Below the pieces are notes generated by a model. That model worked only from the letters and a program-made list of their open reading frames with translations. It did not search any database and was not told the origin of the DNA. The translations under genes and the position numbers were made by a program. From contig JBAZHG010000001.1 of the NCBI GenBank assembly GCA_041652475.1, positions 72,522 to 136,521 of the forward strand: a DNA stretch of 64,000 bases, given 5' to 3'. Each line of letters opens with the position of its first letter. Position 1 is the first letter of the stretch. Below, piece after piece: positions 51,521 through 60,592 of the stretch. This DNA is from Bacilli bacterium (GTDB lineage Bacteria; Bacillota_I; Bacilli_A; RFN20; CAG-826).

Positions 51521-53404
51521 ATGGACAACGAACCTTTTTTGTTCAAAAAGCCCTTGTTGAAAAACATCAATCCTTCGGGTTTTTATCGCCGCCAGTTGGA
51601 GTCGTGCGCTACTGGATTGACGGGAAACATCGAAGATTATTTTGCTGATCTTGGTCCAAAAAACGCCTGGAAATGTGGAGAGGGCGACGCCTGGGAGCGC
51701 GGTCCTTATTATCTTGATGGCTTGGTCGCCTTGTCCTTTTTACTCAAAAACGACGACTTGTCAGCCCGGGTGGAGGCTTGGATCAAGCCCATAATTGCCT
51801 CCGCGAAACCTGACGGTCGCTTTGGCCCGACTATAAATGATGACGTCTGGCCGCGCCTGGTGGCCTTGAAAGCGTTGCGAACCGTTCATGACAACCTCCA
51901 GGATTCCGCCACCAAGCGGTTGATCGATCGTTTTATTGAAAATATTGGGGAAAATCTAGAGACGAACGCCCCCGTTTTATGGGCCTGGGCCCGATTGATG
52001 GAAATCGGAGCCGTCTTGGATTCGATTGATTCAAATGAAAAAAGAAAAGAAATATATGAATGCGCGCGATCCCATGCATTTGATTGGAACAATTATTTTG
52101 CGAATTTTCAATATCGAAAGACGACCACCCACTATTTAGATAAAACCTTGTTCAACCTGGTTCTTCCAATCATTAAGAAACTGACGGCTCAATCAACTGG
52201 TCCAAAATCCACGACGGCCAAAGATGCTCAACGTTTCAACCAACGACATTTAGTGCATAATTTTCTCGCGACTCACGGAGTCAATGTCGCCATGGCTTTA
52301 AAATATCCCGCTTACAAAGGATTTTACGGACAGGCCTCCGTTTCCAACGATGCTTGGTTTAAAGGATTGGAGCAGCTGCTTCGCCATCATGGCAATGCGC
52401 TTGGTCTCTTCTCGAGCGACGAGCATTTAAACGGACCCGGCCCCCGTCAGGGCGTCGAGTTGTGCACCATTGTCGAAGCGATGTTCTCGATGGAGGAAAT
52501 TTTGCGGATGACCGGCGATCCCCGCGCGGCTGACTATCTTGAATTGTGGGCTTATAACGCTTGGTTGGCCGTATGCACCCCGGATATGACCGCCCATCAA
52601 TACGTCATCCAACCGAACCAGACCAAAGCTGGATGCAAACACAGTCCCTTTTACGACGTGGGAAGGACCGGGACGGTATTCGGATTGGCCCCAAATTTTG
52701 GATGTTGCGCCGCCAACATGCACCAGGGTTGGCCAAAGTTGGCTAATGCCGCCGTTTTGTTTCATCAGCAGGACATTTTCATATTTGCATACCTAACCGG
52801 GACTTATTTATTTGATACTGACGAGGGCCCGGTCGAAGTTGTGATTGAGGGCGATTATCCCTTCGGCGACCGCGTCGCCATATCGATTGTCGCTCAAAGG
52901 CCGGGAAAGCGAACCGTCCATCTGCGGATTCCATATGGAGCGGAAACCATCGTCGAGATGAACCAAGAATCATCTTCATATACTAATAGAAAAATGGTTG
53001 ATATAAAATTTGAGGGACGGTTTCAGGCCCAACTCAAGTTTGGATTCGCGGTTGAAACCCATTTCCACGGGAAGATGGTCAGCCTTCGGCGCGGCCCGCT
53101 GATATATTCCTTGCCCATACCCCACCGGGAGCATTACCTCAAAGGAATTCGTCCATTCCACGATCGGGAGTTTATCGCCTCCGTCAAAATTAAGAAACCA
53201 ATCTTGCTTCTTGATGCGAAGAAAATGGCCAAGGTTATAAAAATGGATGCATTGACTTCCTATCAAGACAAGTACCCCGGCGTCCGCTACATGGACGTGG
53301 CGACTTGTCAAAACGAACCCATTCGCTTGATTCCCCTGGGTTTGACCCGCTTGAGAATCTCACAATTCGCTTATAGAAAGGAAAAAGCGTATGCAAGTCA
53401 GTAA
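51521..53404 (+). CDS. GH127-like glycoside hydrolase (DUF1680, beta-L-arabinofuranosidase family)
   Basis: 627 aa. The VELCT (ExC) and FGCCAAN (CCxxN) motifs correspond to the Zn/Cys catalytic signature I recall for HypBA1-type GH127. Confidence 0.6.
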   Translation: MDNEPFLFKKPLLKNINPSGFYRRQLESCATGLTGNIEDYFADLGPKNAWKCGEGDAWERGPYYLDGLVALSFLLKNDDLSARVEAWIKPIIASAKPDGRFGPTINDDVWPRLVALKALRTVHDNLQDSATKRLIDRFIENIGENLETNAPVLWAWARLMEIGAVLDSIDSNEKRKEIYECARSHAFDWNNYFANFQYRKTTTHYLDKTLFNLVLPIIKKLTAQSTGPKSTTAKDAQRFNQRHLVHNFLATHGVNVAMALKYPAYKGFYGQASVSNDAWFKGLEQLLRHHGNALGLFSSDEHLNGPGPRQGVELCTIVEAMFSMEEILRMTGDPRAADYLELWAYNAWLAVCTPDMTAHQYVIQPNQTKAGCKHSPFYDVGRTGTVFGLAPNFGCCAANMHQGWPKLANAAVLFHQQDIFIFAYLTGTYLFDTDEGPVEVVIEGDYPFGDRVAISIVAQRPGKRTVHLRIPYGAETIVEMNQESSSYTNRKMVDIKFEGRFQAQLKFGFAVETHFHGKMVSLRRGPLIYSLPIPHREHYLKGIRPFHDREFIASVKIKKPILLLDAKKMAKVIKMDALTSYQDKYPGVRYMDVATCQNEPIRLIPLGLTRLRISQFAYRKEKAYASQ

Positions 53405-54683
53405 ATTAGGTTGGCGTGGCTGGTTTTCGGTTGTTTTGTTCGGCCTGTTCGGACAAATCGCCTGGGTGATCGAAAACATGTATTTCAACAAATTCCTTTA
53501 TTATGAGATTGCCCCAAACAGCAATGCCATCGCCTGGATGGTCGCCGCCAGCGCGGCCACGGCGACACTCACTACCATGTTTATGGGAGCGCTCTCGGAC
53601 AAGATTGGCAAACGCAAGGTTTTCATCACGACCGGCTACATCCTTTGGGGCATCGTCACCCTGTCGTTTGGGTTCATTTCTTTGGACAATATCGAATTGG
53701 TGATTCCGACCGCCCAAGCGGCGACCTTCGGCATCATCCTCATCATCGTCATGGACTGTATCATGACTTTCTTCGGTTCGACCGCCAACGACGGGGCGTT
53801 CAATGCCTGGATCACCGATATTACCGACAAGGACAACCGCGGGCCGATCGAAGGCGTCTTGGCGACCTTGCCTCTTTTCGCCCTTTTGTTGGTTTTCGGT
53901 GGTTTTGACAGTTTGTCCAACGGCGGCAATTGGCCGATCTTCTTTTATGTGCTGGGCGGGTTGATTTCCTTGGGCGGGATCATGGGCTTGTTCTTGATCA
54001 AGGAATCGCCTGTCGTCAAAAGCGATAAGAACTATTGGGAGACGTTCTTCTACGGATTCCGGCCCCGTTCCTTTTCGAAACACCTTCCTTTGTACTTAAC
54101 GCTTGTCACCATCGGGGTTATGGGCATCTCGACCCAAATTTGGAATCCCTATTTCATCGTGTACTTTACCGAATACCTTGGCATTGCCGATTACGCCTTG
54201 CTGATGGGAGCCATCGTCTTGTCGGCTTCGATTGTGACGATGGTGGCCACCCACTTCATGAAAGCCCACAACAAAAATTGGTTTTTCATCCCAGGCATCA
54301 TTTTGTTCATCGGCGGTTCGCTGGCCTTGTTTTTTGTGCGGACTCCCTTGCTTGTCGGCGTTTTCGGTTTCGTCATGATGAGCGGAAACCTGATTCTTTC
54401 TTCGCTATTGAACGCCAAGGTGCGCGATTACACTCCGGTCGACAAAGCCGGGCATTTCCAAGGTATCCGAATGATTTTCTTCGTCTTGATTCCGATGGTC
54501 GTCGGACCTTTCATCGGCTCGCAAGTCATTGCTAGCACCGGGCGGACCTATTCGGATTTGGGCGTGATACGCGACGTTCCGACTCCGCACGTTTTCTTGG
54601 CCGCGGCCATCGCCTCAATCGTCGTCATCGCCCCGTGGATCTTCTTATTAATAAAAGAAAAAGCCTTGAAAAAGGCTTCTTGA
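53391..54683 (+). CDS. MFS/GPH-type sugar transporter
   Basis: 430 aa with 12 TM helices, overlapping the GH127-like gene by 14 nt. Confidence 0.75.
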   Translation: MQVSKLGWRGWFSVVLFGLFGQIAWVIENMYFNKFLYYEIAPNSNAIAWMVAASAATATLTTMFMGALSDKIGKRKVFITTGYILWGIVTLSFGFISLDNIELVIPTAQAATFGIILIIVMDCIMTFFGSTANDGAFNAWITDITDKDNRGPIEGVLATLPLFALLLVFGGFDSLSNGGNWPIFFYVLGGLISLGGIMGLFLIKESPVVKSDKNYWETFFYGFRPRSFSKHLPLYLTLVTIGVMGISTQIWNPYFIVYFTEYLGIADYALLMGAIVLSASIVTMVATHFMKAHNKNWFFIPGIILFIGGSLALFFVRTPLLVGVFGFVMMSGNLILSSLLNAKVRDYTPVDKAGHFQGIRMIFFVLIPMVVGPFIGSQVIASTGRTYSDLGVIRDVPTPHVFLAAAIASIVVIAPWIFLLIKEKALKKAS

Positions 54684-54704
54684 TTACAAAAAGAAAACAG
54701 TTGC

Positions 54705-56468
54705 CTATTTGACGGCGTTTTCAAAAACGGAGCGCAAATCACGATTGATTTTTCGCATATGCTCCGGATTTACCTTGACGACCTTCCGGTCATAAGTCAA
54801 TAATCCGTTGACCTCGTTTTCGACGTCGCTCAACTGCGTGTAAATGATGGCCGAGAGTCCGTTTTTGATTTGCGGCCCAAGTTCCCGGGCCCACAACGAC
54901 GCGAGCTTTTCTTCCAATTCGGTTTCGTCTTTCATCATCTTGTAGCCAAAAGCTTTCTTGGGATTGTACATGTGGTCCAAGACTTTCAAGGCATAACCGC
55001 CGAATTCGGTCAAGGCGATGATGCGTCGCCGGCTCGAGAAGTGGAAAAAACGGACTTTCGAGAAGTAGATGTGGCGGCTATGGAAATCTCCGACCCGTTG
55101 GTCAGACCATCCTGAAGCATGATCGATCAAACGGGTTTCGTCTATGTGTCGAGCCATGGCGAAAACCCGGGCGGCGTCGAATTGACCCCAGGCTTCGTTG
55201 AAAGGAACCCAAACGGCAATCGAAGGAACGGATATCAGTTTATCGAACATTTGCTTCAATTCGCGATAATACTGGGCCCGGCTCTTTTTCGCTTGACGCC
55301 CAAACCATAGGTAGAGCCGATCCCACAGGTGGATGCCGACCATGGCCAAGGCGCCGTTTGGGGCGATGCTGCGGGCGGACCCGCCGTTGATCATGTCCTG
55401 CCAGACAATCATGCCCAGGCGGTCGCAGTGGAAATAGAAGCGCATCGGTTCGACCTTGATGTGTTTTCTTAGGGTGTTGAACCCCATGCTTTTCATCGTC
55501 AGGATGTCATGGATGTAGGCCTCGTCGTCGGGAGCCGTCAATAAACCGTCGGGCCAGTAACCTTGGTCAAGCACGCCCAGCATCAAATACGGCTTTCCGT
55601 TCAGAAAAAAGCGATTGGTGCCGTCGGAGGCGAAATTCCGTTTGAACGAACGCAGGGCGGCATAGGTCTTGACCTCGTCGTCGCCGTAGGTGATCACGAA
55701 GTGATAAAGGTTTGGGCTTTCCGGCGTCCACTCGTGGCGTTGTTTCAGTTTCACGAAAAAGGTCGGTTGCTCGAACTCCTGGTAATCGATTTCCTGTTCC
55801 TCGAATAAAACGCGGACGGTCACCGGCAGCGGTTTCAAGACGTCGAGCATGAATTTAAACCCACCGGAACTGAAGGAGGGGATGATTTTCATCTTGCGGA
55901 TATAGTCCTCGGGCACGCTTTCAATCCAAACGGTTTGCCAGATACCCGATTGCGGCGTATAGAAAATACCCTTCGGTTTCAGTTTCTGTTTTCCAACCTG
56001 GTGATGATGGGTATCGGTGTAATCCCTGACGCGGACTTTGATCATGAAGGGTCCGTTTCCGACATAGGTCGTGATATCCAGGGTGAAGGGCGTGAATCCG
56101 CCGACATGCTTGCCGACCGGCATTTGGTTAATGAAGACTTCGGCTTCTTGGTCGACGGCGCCGAAGTTCAGCAAAATCAATCCTTGGTTAAAACCTTTGG
56201 GCAACTCGACTTGGCGTTCATAGATCAGGTATTCGTCCGGTTGCAGGGTGCGCGATACGCCGGACAGAGCGCTTTCCGGCGAAAATGGCACCAGTATCTC
56301 GCCGTCAAACGACGGATAGTCGGGATTTTGGCTGATGCGATACCGCCAAATTCCATTCAGGTTCAAGAACGAAGTTCGGGCTAATTGAGGTCGGGGATAC
56401 TCCGGAAGCGGTGTCTCCGGGCTGACTTGAGCGGTCCAGGGGGTGACCAATCGATGCAAGGTTTCCAT
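54705..56468 (-). CDS. Glycoside hydrolase family 2
   Basis: 587 aa with a GH2 sugar-binding N-terminal domain and the NEAWGQ acid/base motif. Confidence 0.85.
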   Translation of the reverse strand: METLHRLVTPWTAQVSPETPLPEYPRPQLARTSFLNLNGIWRYRISQNPDYPSFDGEILVPFSPESALSGVSRTLQPDEYLIYERQVELPKGFNQGLILLNFGAVDQEAEVFINQMPVGKHVGGFTPFTLDITTYVGNGPFMIKVRVRDYTDTHHHQVGKQKLKPKGIFYTPQSGIWQTVWIESVPEDYIRKMKIIPSFSSGGFKFMLDVLKPLPVTVRVLFEEQEIDYQEFEQPTFFVKLKQRHEWTPESPNLYHFVITYGDDEVKTYAALRSFKRNFASDGTNRFFLNGKPYLMLGVLDQGYWPDGLLTAPDDEAYIHDILTMKSMGFNTLRKHIKVEPMRFYFHCDRLGMIVWQDMINGGSARSIAPNGALAMVGIHLWDRLYLWFGRQAKKSRAQYYRELKQMFDKLISVPSIAVWVPFNEAWGQFDAARVFAMARHIDETRLIDHASGWSDQRVGDFHSRHIYFSKVRFFHFSSRRRIIALTEFGGYALKVLDHMYNPKKAFGYKMMKDETELEEKLASLWARELGPQIKNGLSAIIYTQLSDVENEVNGLLTYDRKVVKVNPEHMRKINRDLRSVFENAVK

Positions 56469-56481
56469 ATCGTAATTTTAA

Positions 56482-56490
56482 ATTATATCA
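56482..56490 (-). promoter_or_regulatory. Extended -10 (TGATATAAT) 13 nt upstream of the GH2 ATG (also TAAAAT at N6); no SD
   Basis: Minus strand: TGATATAAT-TTAAAATTACGAT-ATG(56468). Confidence 0.45.
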
Positions 56491-56520
56491 GAAGAAAAAG
56501 AGACACTTTTCGTGTCTCTT
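56491..56520 (-). terminator. Intrinsic terminator of htpG
   Basis: AAGAGACAC-loop-GTGTCTCTT (9 bp), followed on the minus strand by TTTTTCTTC. Confidence 0.75.
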
Positions 56521-56530
56521 ATGGCAAATT

Positions 56531-58453
56531 CTATTCTTGGGGACTCGTTTCGATCATCAACTCGATCATCGCTTTGGAAAATTCCAGGGGATTTTCAAGC
56601 GGGAAACCCTCGATCAGCAGGGCTTGCGAATACAGCAAGTCGGCATACTTGGCCAACTTGATCGGATCTTTGAGGTAGAGACGTTCCAAGGCTTTGAAGA
56701 GGTCGTGATGGGGATTGATTTCGAGGATGCGCTCGGCTTTGGGTTTTTGTTCCTGCGGGGTTTGCTGCAAGACTTTTTCCATTTCGAAAGACACCCCTTC
56801 GCCGCTGACGAGGCAGACCGGCGAATCAGCCAGGCGCTTGGAGATGACCACGTCTTGGACCTTGCCCTTGAGCAATTCCTTGATCTTCTCGAGCAATGGT
56901 TTCTTTTGCTCCTTCAAGTCTTCATAGATTTTCTTTTCTTCTTTGTCCAATTCGTCGAAATCGCCTTGATTGATCGACTTGAATTTCTTGCCGTCATATT
57001 CGTCGAGAATCGACAGGGCGAACTCGTCGATGTCGTCCGACAATACCAAGACGTCATATCCGGCTTTCTTGATGCGATCCATCTGGGGCATGGCCTTGAC
57101 GGCGTCTTTGGTCTTGGCCGAGGCGAAGTAAATGGCTTTTTGGTCTTTCTTCATGGCGGCCACGTATTGCTTCAAACCGATTGGTTTTTCTTCATTCAAG
57201 GTCGTGTACACCAAGAGGTCCTTCAAGGAATCCTTTTTGATGCCGAACAACTCGTAAAGGCCGTATTTTAAATTGATGCCATACAGTTTGAAAAACTCCA
57301 AATACTTGTCGTAATCGTTGGTTTTGAATTTTTCGAGCTCGCTGAGGATTTTCTTTTCCAGGGCTTCGGCAATCTTGCCCACCTGTTTGTTTTGCTGGAC
57401 GAGTTCCCGCGAGATGTTCAATGACAAATCAGGCGAATCGACCAAACCTTTGACGAAACGGAGGTAACCGGGGATCAATTCCTTGCAGGCGTCCATGATG
57501 AAGACGCCTTTGGCATACAGTTTGAGACCGCGTTCATAGGATTCGTCGTAAAGGTTGTAGGGGGCATGGCTTGGGATGAACAAAAGCGCATTGTAGGAAA
57601 TGAGGCCCTCGACGTTGACGAAATAGCTCTTCATCGGGGCTTCGTAATCCGAAAATTTGTTTTTGTAGAATTCGGCCAAGGCTTCGTCGGTGACCTCGCT
57701 TTTGTTCTTGCGCCAGAGCGGGATCATCGAATTCAAGGTTTCGTCGACCTTCTTCTTGACGTATTTGCCCTCGATCGGTTTGCCTTCCTCGTCAAGCTTG
57801 GATACTTCTTGCTCGCTGAGCATCCGGACTGGGTAACGGATGTAGTCCGAGTATTTCTTGACGAGCGATTTCAGGGTATAGGTTTCCAGGTATTCGTCGT
57901 ATTTGTCCTCGTCTTTGTTGTCGCGCAGGTGCAGGTAAATGGTCGTGCCGGTTTCTTTCCGGTCACATTCTTCCAGCGTGTAGCTTTCGGTGCCGTCGGA
58001 ACTGAAGCGGTAGGCTTTGTCGGACAAGGCCGATTTCGTTTCGACGACGACTTGCTTGGCCACCATGAAGGCGCTGTAGAATCCAACGCCGAATTGGCCG
58101 ATCAACTCGGCTTCGCTTTTCAGTTTCTCGTCGGATATTTTCTTGAGGAATTCGCGCGAACCGCTGGCAGCAATCGTTCCCAGGTTGTCGTTTAATTCGT
58201 CGTAGGTCATCCCGATACCGTTGTCGGACACCGCGAGAATCCGTTTCTTCTTGTTGATGTCGAGCCGGATCTCGTAGTCGTTGCGTTTTTCCATCTTTTC
58301 GTCGCTCAACGACAAAACGTGGTACTTGTCGATCGCGTCCGAGGCGTTGGAAATCAATTCCCGGAGGAAGATCTCCCGATTGGTGTAGATGGAATGCACC
58401 ATCAATTCCAAAAGTCGCTTGGATTCGGTTTTGAATTGTCTTGTCTCTGCCAT
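56531..58453 (-). CDS. htpG: Molecular chaperone HtpG (Hsp90)
   Basis: 640 aa. FKTESKRLLELMVHSIYTNREIFLRELISNASDAIDK is the canonical Hsp90 N-terminus. Confidence 0.97.
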   Translation of the reverse strand: MAETRQFKTESKRLLELMVHSIYTNREIFLRELISNASDAIDKYHVLSLSDEKMEKRNDYEIRLDINKKKRILAVSDNGIGMTYDELNDNLGTIAASGSREFLKKISDEKLKSEAELIGQFGVGFYSAFMVAKQVVVETKSALSDKAYRFSSDGTESYTLEECDRKETGTTIYLHLRDNKDEDKYDEYLETYTLKSLVKKYSDYIRYPVRMLSEQEVSKLDEEGKPIEGKYVKKKVDETLNSMIPLWRKNKSEVTDEALAEFYKNKFSDYEAPMKSYFVNVEGLISYNALLFIPSHAPYNLYDESYERGLKLYAKGVFIMDACKELIPGYLRFVKGLVDSPDLSLNISRELVQQNKQVGKIAEALEKKILSELEKFKTNDYDKYLEFFKLYGINLKYGLYELFGIKKDSLKDLLVYTTLNEEKPIGLKQYVAAMKKDQKAIYFASAKTKDAVKAMPQMDRIKKAGYDVLVLSDDIDEFALSILDEYDGKKFKSINQGDFDELDKEEKKIYEDLKEQKKPLLEKIKELLKGKVQDVVISKRLADSPVCLVSGEGVSFEMEKVLQQTPQEQKPKAERILEINPHHDLFKALERLYLKDPIKLAKYADLLYSQALLIEGFPLENPLEFSKAMIELMIETSPQE

Positions 58454-58477
58454 ATTGAAAACTCCTATCTGGCCGAT

Positions 58478-58519
58478 ATTTTATCATATCTATTGGCACT
58501 GTCAAGTTTTGAGTGCTAA
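58478..58519 (-). promoter_or_regulatory. CIRCE (HrcA operator) overlapping the htpG sigma-A promoter
   Basis: Minus strand: TTAGCACTC-AAAACTTGA-CAGTGCCAA (58519-58493; 7/9 match in the second arm). TTGACA (58505-58500) lies inside the element, followed by a 16-nt spacer and TGATAAAAT (-10 at 58483-58478). Confidence 0.75.
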
Positions 58520-58523
58520 GTTC

Positions 58524-59714
58524 TTATCGTTTGAACATCACGGCTTCGCTGTTGAACATCCTGATTAGGAGCAAGCCGCAGACCGAGGCATACAAAACCG
58601 AAGAAAGGCCGGCGATGGCGATATGGAGCCAATCGGTCGCGAATGAGAATATGCCGACCAAGGCTTGAGTCGGCCCGTAAATCGGAATCAAGTACACAAA
58701 CCAGTTTGAGGCCGCGCCCGAATTGAACATCGTCAAGATGCCGGTCATCATGACGATGATCATAAACGGCATCGCCAAAGCGCTGGCTTCCTTGACCGAA
58801 CGGGAATAGGCCGAAAGGATGGCCAAGAACGAAACGATCAGCAAAACGATGGATACGATCACGAACACGATGCCGAGGTAATCGGTCACCAGAAAATTGG
58901 CCAGTGCGCTCGTGGCGTCGCCCCCTTGCATTCCAATGATCTTCGGGAATGAGAGAATCGTGCCCACAAACGATGACAAGGCGGCCAAAGTCGCCAAGAT
59001 CGACAACGAGATAATCTTTCCAATCGCGAGTTCGCGGCGTTTGATCGGAGTCACCAGCAAAGTGGCAATCGTACCCCGTTCTTTTTCCCCGGCAATCGAT
59101 TCTGGGGTCACGGCCAAGCAGCCCGAGAACAGGAACGACAAAATCAAAAACGGCAAGATCATCGATAGGATTTGGCCCAAGGCGGCTTCATCGGTGGCCA
59201 TGTCATAAGCGGTGTCGACGTCGCCGTTGAGGGTGATGACGTTACTGACGCTGGTCTCATACGCGTCGATGAGGGCGGATACGATTCCGTAAATGTTATA
59301 GGAACTAACTTTGGTCGAATTGAAAAACAGTTCGGCGGTCGGGGCTGGATCGCCCAAAGTGCGGGCGGCGGTGACTTTTTGGTCGAAATTTTCTTCAAAC
59401 ACCATAAGCAGGTCCAAATCGCCATCTTCAATCGCGGTTTTGGATGCGTCGATTTCCGAAGAAAGAATGCTTGTCATGGTGATTTTTACTTCACTTTGTT
59501 CAATCAATCCCGAAACGCTGTCGGGCAAGTTGACGACGTTGGCAAGCGGGATGTAATCGGGATCGCCCCCTAGGAAACTCGTCATCCCTTCGCCCATGAT
59601 CGAATAAATGCCGAAGATCATCAGTCCCGGCAAAAGCAGGGTCGTCAAGACGAGGCGCGAATCGCGGAAAAAGCGGGTCAGTTCTTTTTTAATGATGGTG
59701 ATGATGTTTTTCAT
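58524..59714 (-). CDS. ABC-2 type transporter permease (NatB-like)
   Basis: 396 aa with an N-terminal TM helix, a large loop and a C-terminal 5-TM bundle. 1-nt overlap with the ATPase gene. Confidence 0.75.
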   Translation of the reverse strand: MKNIITIIKKELTRFFRDSRLVLTTLLLPGLMIFGIYSIMGEGMTSFLGGDPDYIPLANVVNLPDSVSGLIEQSEVKITMTSILSSEIDASKTAIEDGDLDLLMVFEENFDQKVTAARTLGDPAPTAELFFNSTKVSSYNIYGIVSALIDAYETSVSNVITLNGDVDTAYDMATDEAALGQILSMILPFLILSFLFSGCLAVTPESIAGEKERGTIATLLVTPIKRRELAIGKIISLSILATLAALSSFVGTILSFPKIIGMQGGDATSALANFLVTDYLGIVFVIVSIVLLIVSFLAILSAYSRSVKEASALAMPFMIIVMMTGILTMFNSGAASNWFVYLIPIYGPTQALVGIFSFATDWLHIAIAGLSSVLYASVCGLLLIRMFNSEAVMFKR

Positions 59715-60487
59715 TATAAAGTCCCTCCCTCTTCCTCGAATATTTTAAAGAAAACGTCTTCCAGGGACTGGCCGGCGCAGATTTCTTCAAGCGAGCCTTC
59801 GCGAACCAAGCGACCTTTGATGATGATGCCGACGTGGGTGCAGATTTTTTCGACCAAACTAAAGATGTGGGTTGAAACGATGATCGTCTTGCCTTGGTTG
59901 CGCAGATCAAGCAAGAAGTCGGTGACCACTTTGGCCGTCAAGACGTCGAGTCCGTTGGTCGGTTCGTCGAAGATGATGAAATCGGGATCGTGGACGAGGG
60001 AAATGGCCAAAGAGGCCTTTTGCCTCATGCCGGTCGAAAGATTGGCGACCTTGACTTCGGCAAAATCATTGATGCCGAACCTGGTAAACAAGGTCTCTTT
60101 CCGTTTCTTAGCGACTTCCGGCGGAACTTGATGCAACGAGGAGAAAAAATCGAAAAGATAACTGGGGCTGAAGAAATCCTCGAGTTTCAGTTCGCTCGTC
60201 AAAAAGCCAATCTTGCCACGGACGAATTCCGGTTCGGTCTTGACCGAACGTCCGAACACCTTGGCGTCGCCCGAATCGGCTTTGATCAAGGTGGCGATGA
60301 TGCGCAATGCGGTGGTCTTGCCGGCGCCGTTGGGACCCAATAAACCATAGATCTGTCCGGGAAAAACCTTGAAATCAACCCCGGCCAGTGCCGTGATGCG
60401 CGACTCGGGGATGTTTTGCAGCTTTTGCTGTTTTTTACTGAGATAGAACGTTTTGACGAGACCTTGTACTTCCAATACCGGATCCAT
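59714..60487 (-). CDS. ABC transporter ATP-binding protein (NatA-like)
   Basis: Walker A GPNGAGKTT, LSTGMRQK signature, Walker B IIFDEPT. ATG at 60487 lies 5 nt after AGGAG. Confidence 0.88.
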   Translation of the reverse strand: MDPVLEVQGLVKTFYLSKKQQKLQNIPESRITALAGVDFKVFPGQIYGLLGPNGAGKTTALRIIATLIKADSGDAKVFGRSVKTEPEFVRGKIGFLTSELKLEDFFSPSYLFDFFSSLHQVPPEVAKKRKETLFTRFGINDFAEVKVANLSTGMRQKASLAISLVHDPDFIIFDEPTNGLDVLTAKVVTDFLLDLRNQGKTIIVSTHIFSLVEKICTHVGIIIKGRLVREGSLEEICAGQSLEDVFFKIFEEEGGTL

Positions 60488-60592
60488 ATGCACTCCTATC
60501 GACATCGATTCGATGATTTAAAATCACAATTATTAATACTAGACCAAAAAACGCAATCGTTAAACCTCTCACATCCCACTATTTTCACTTGT

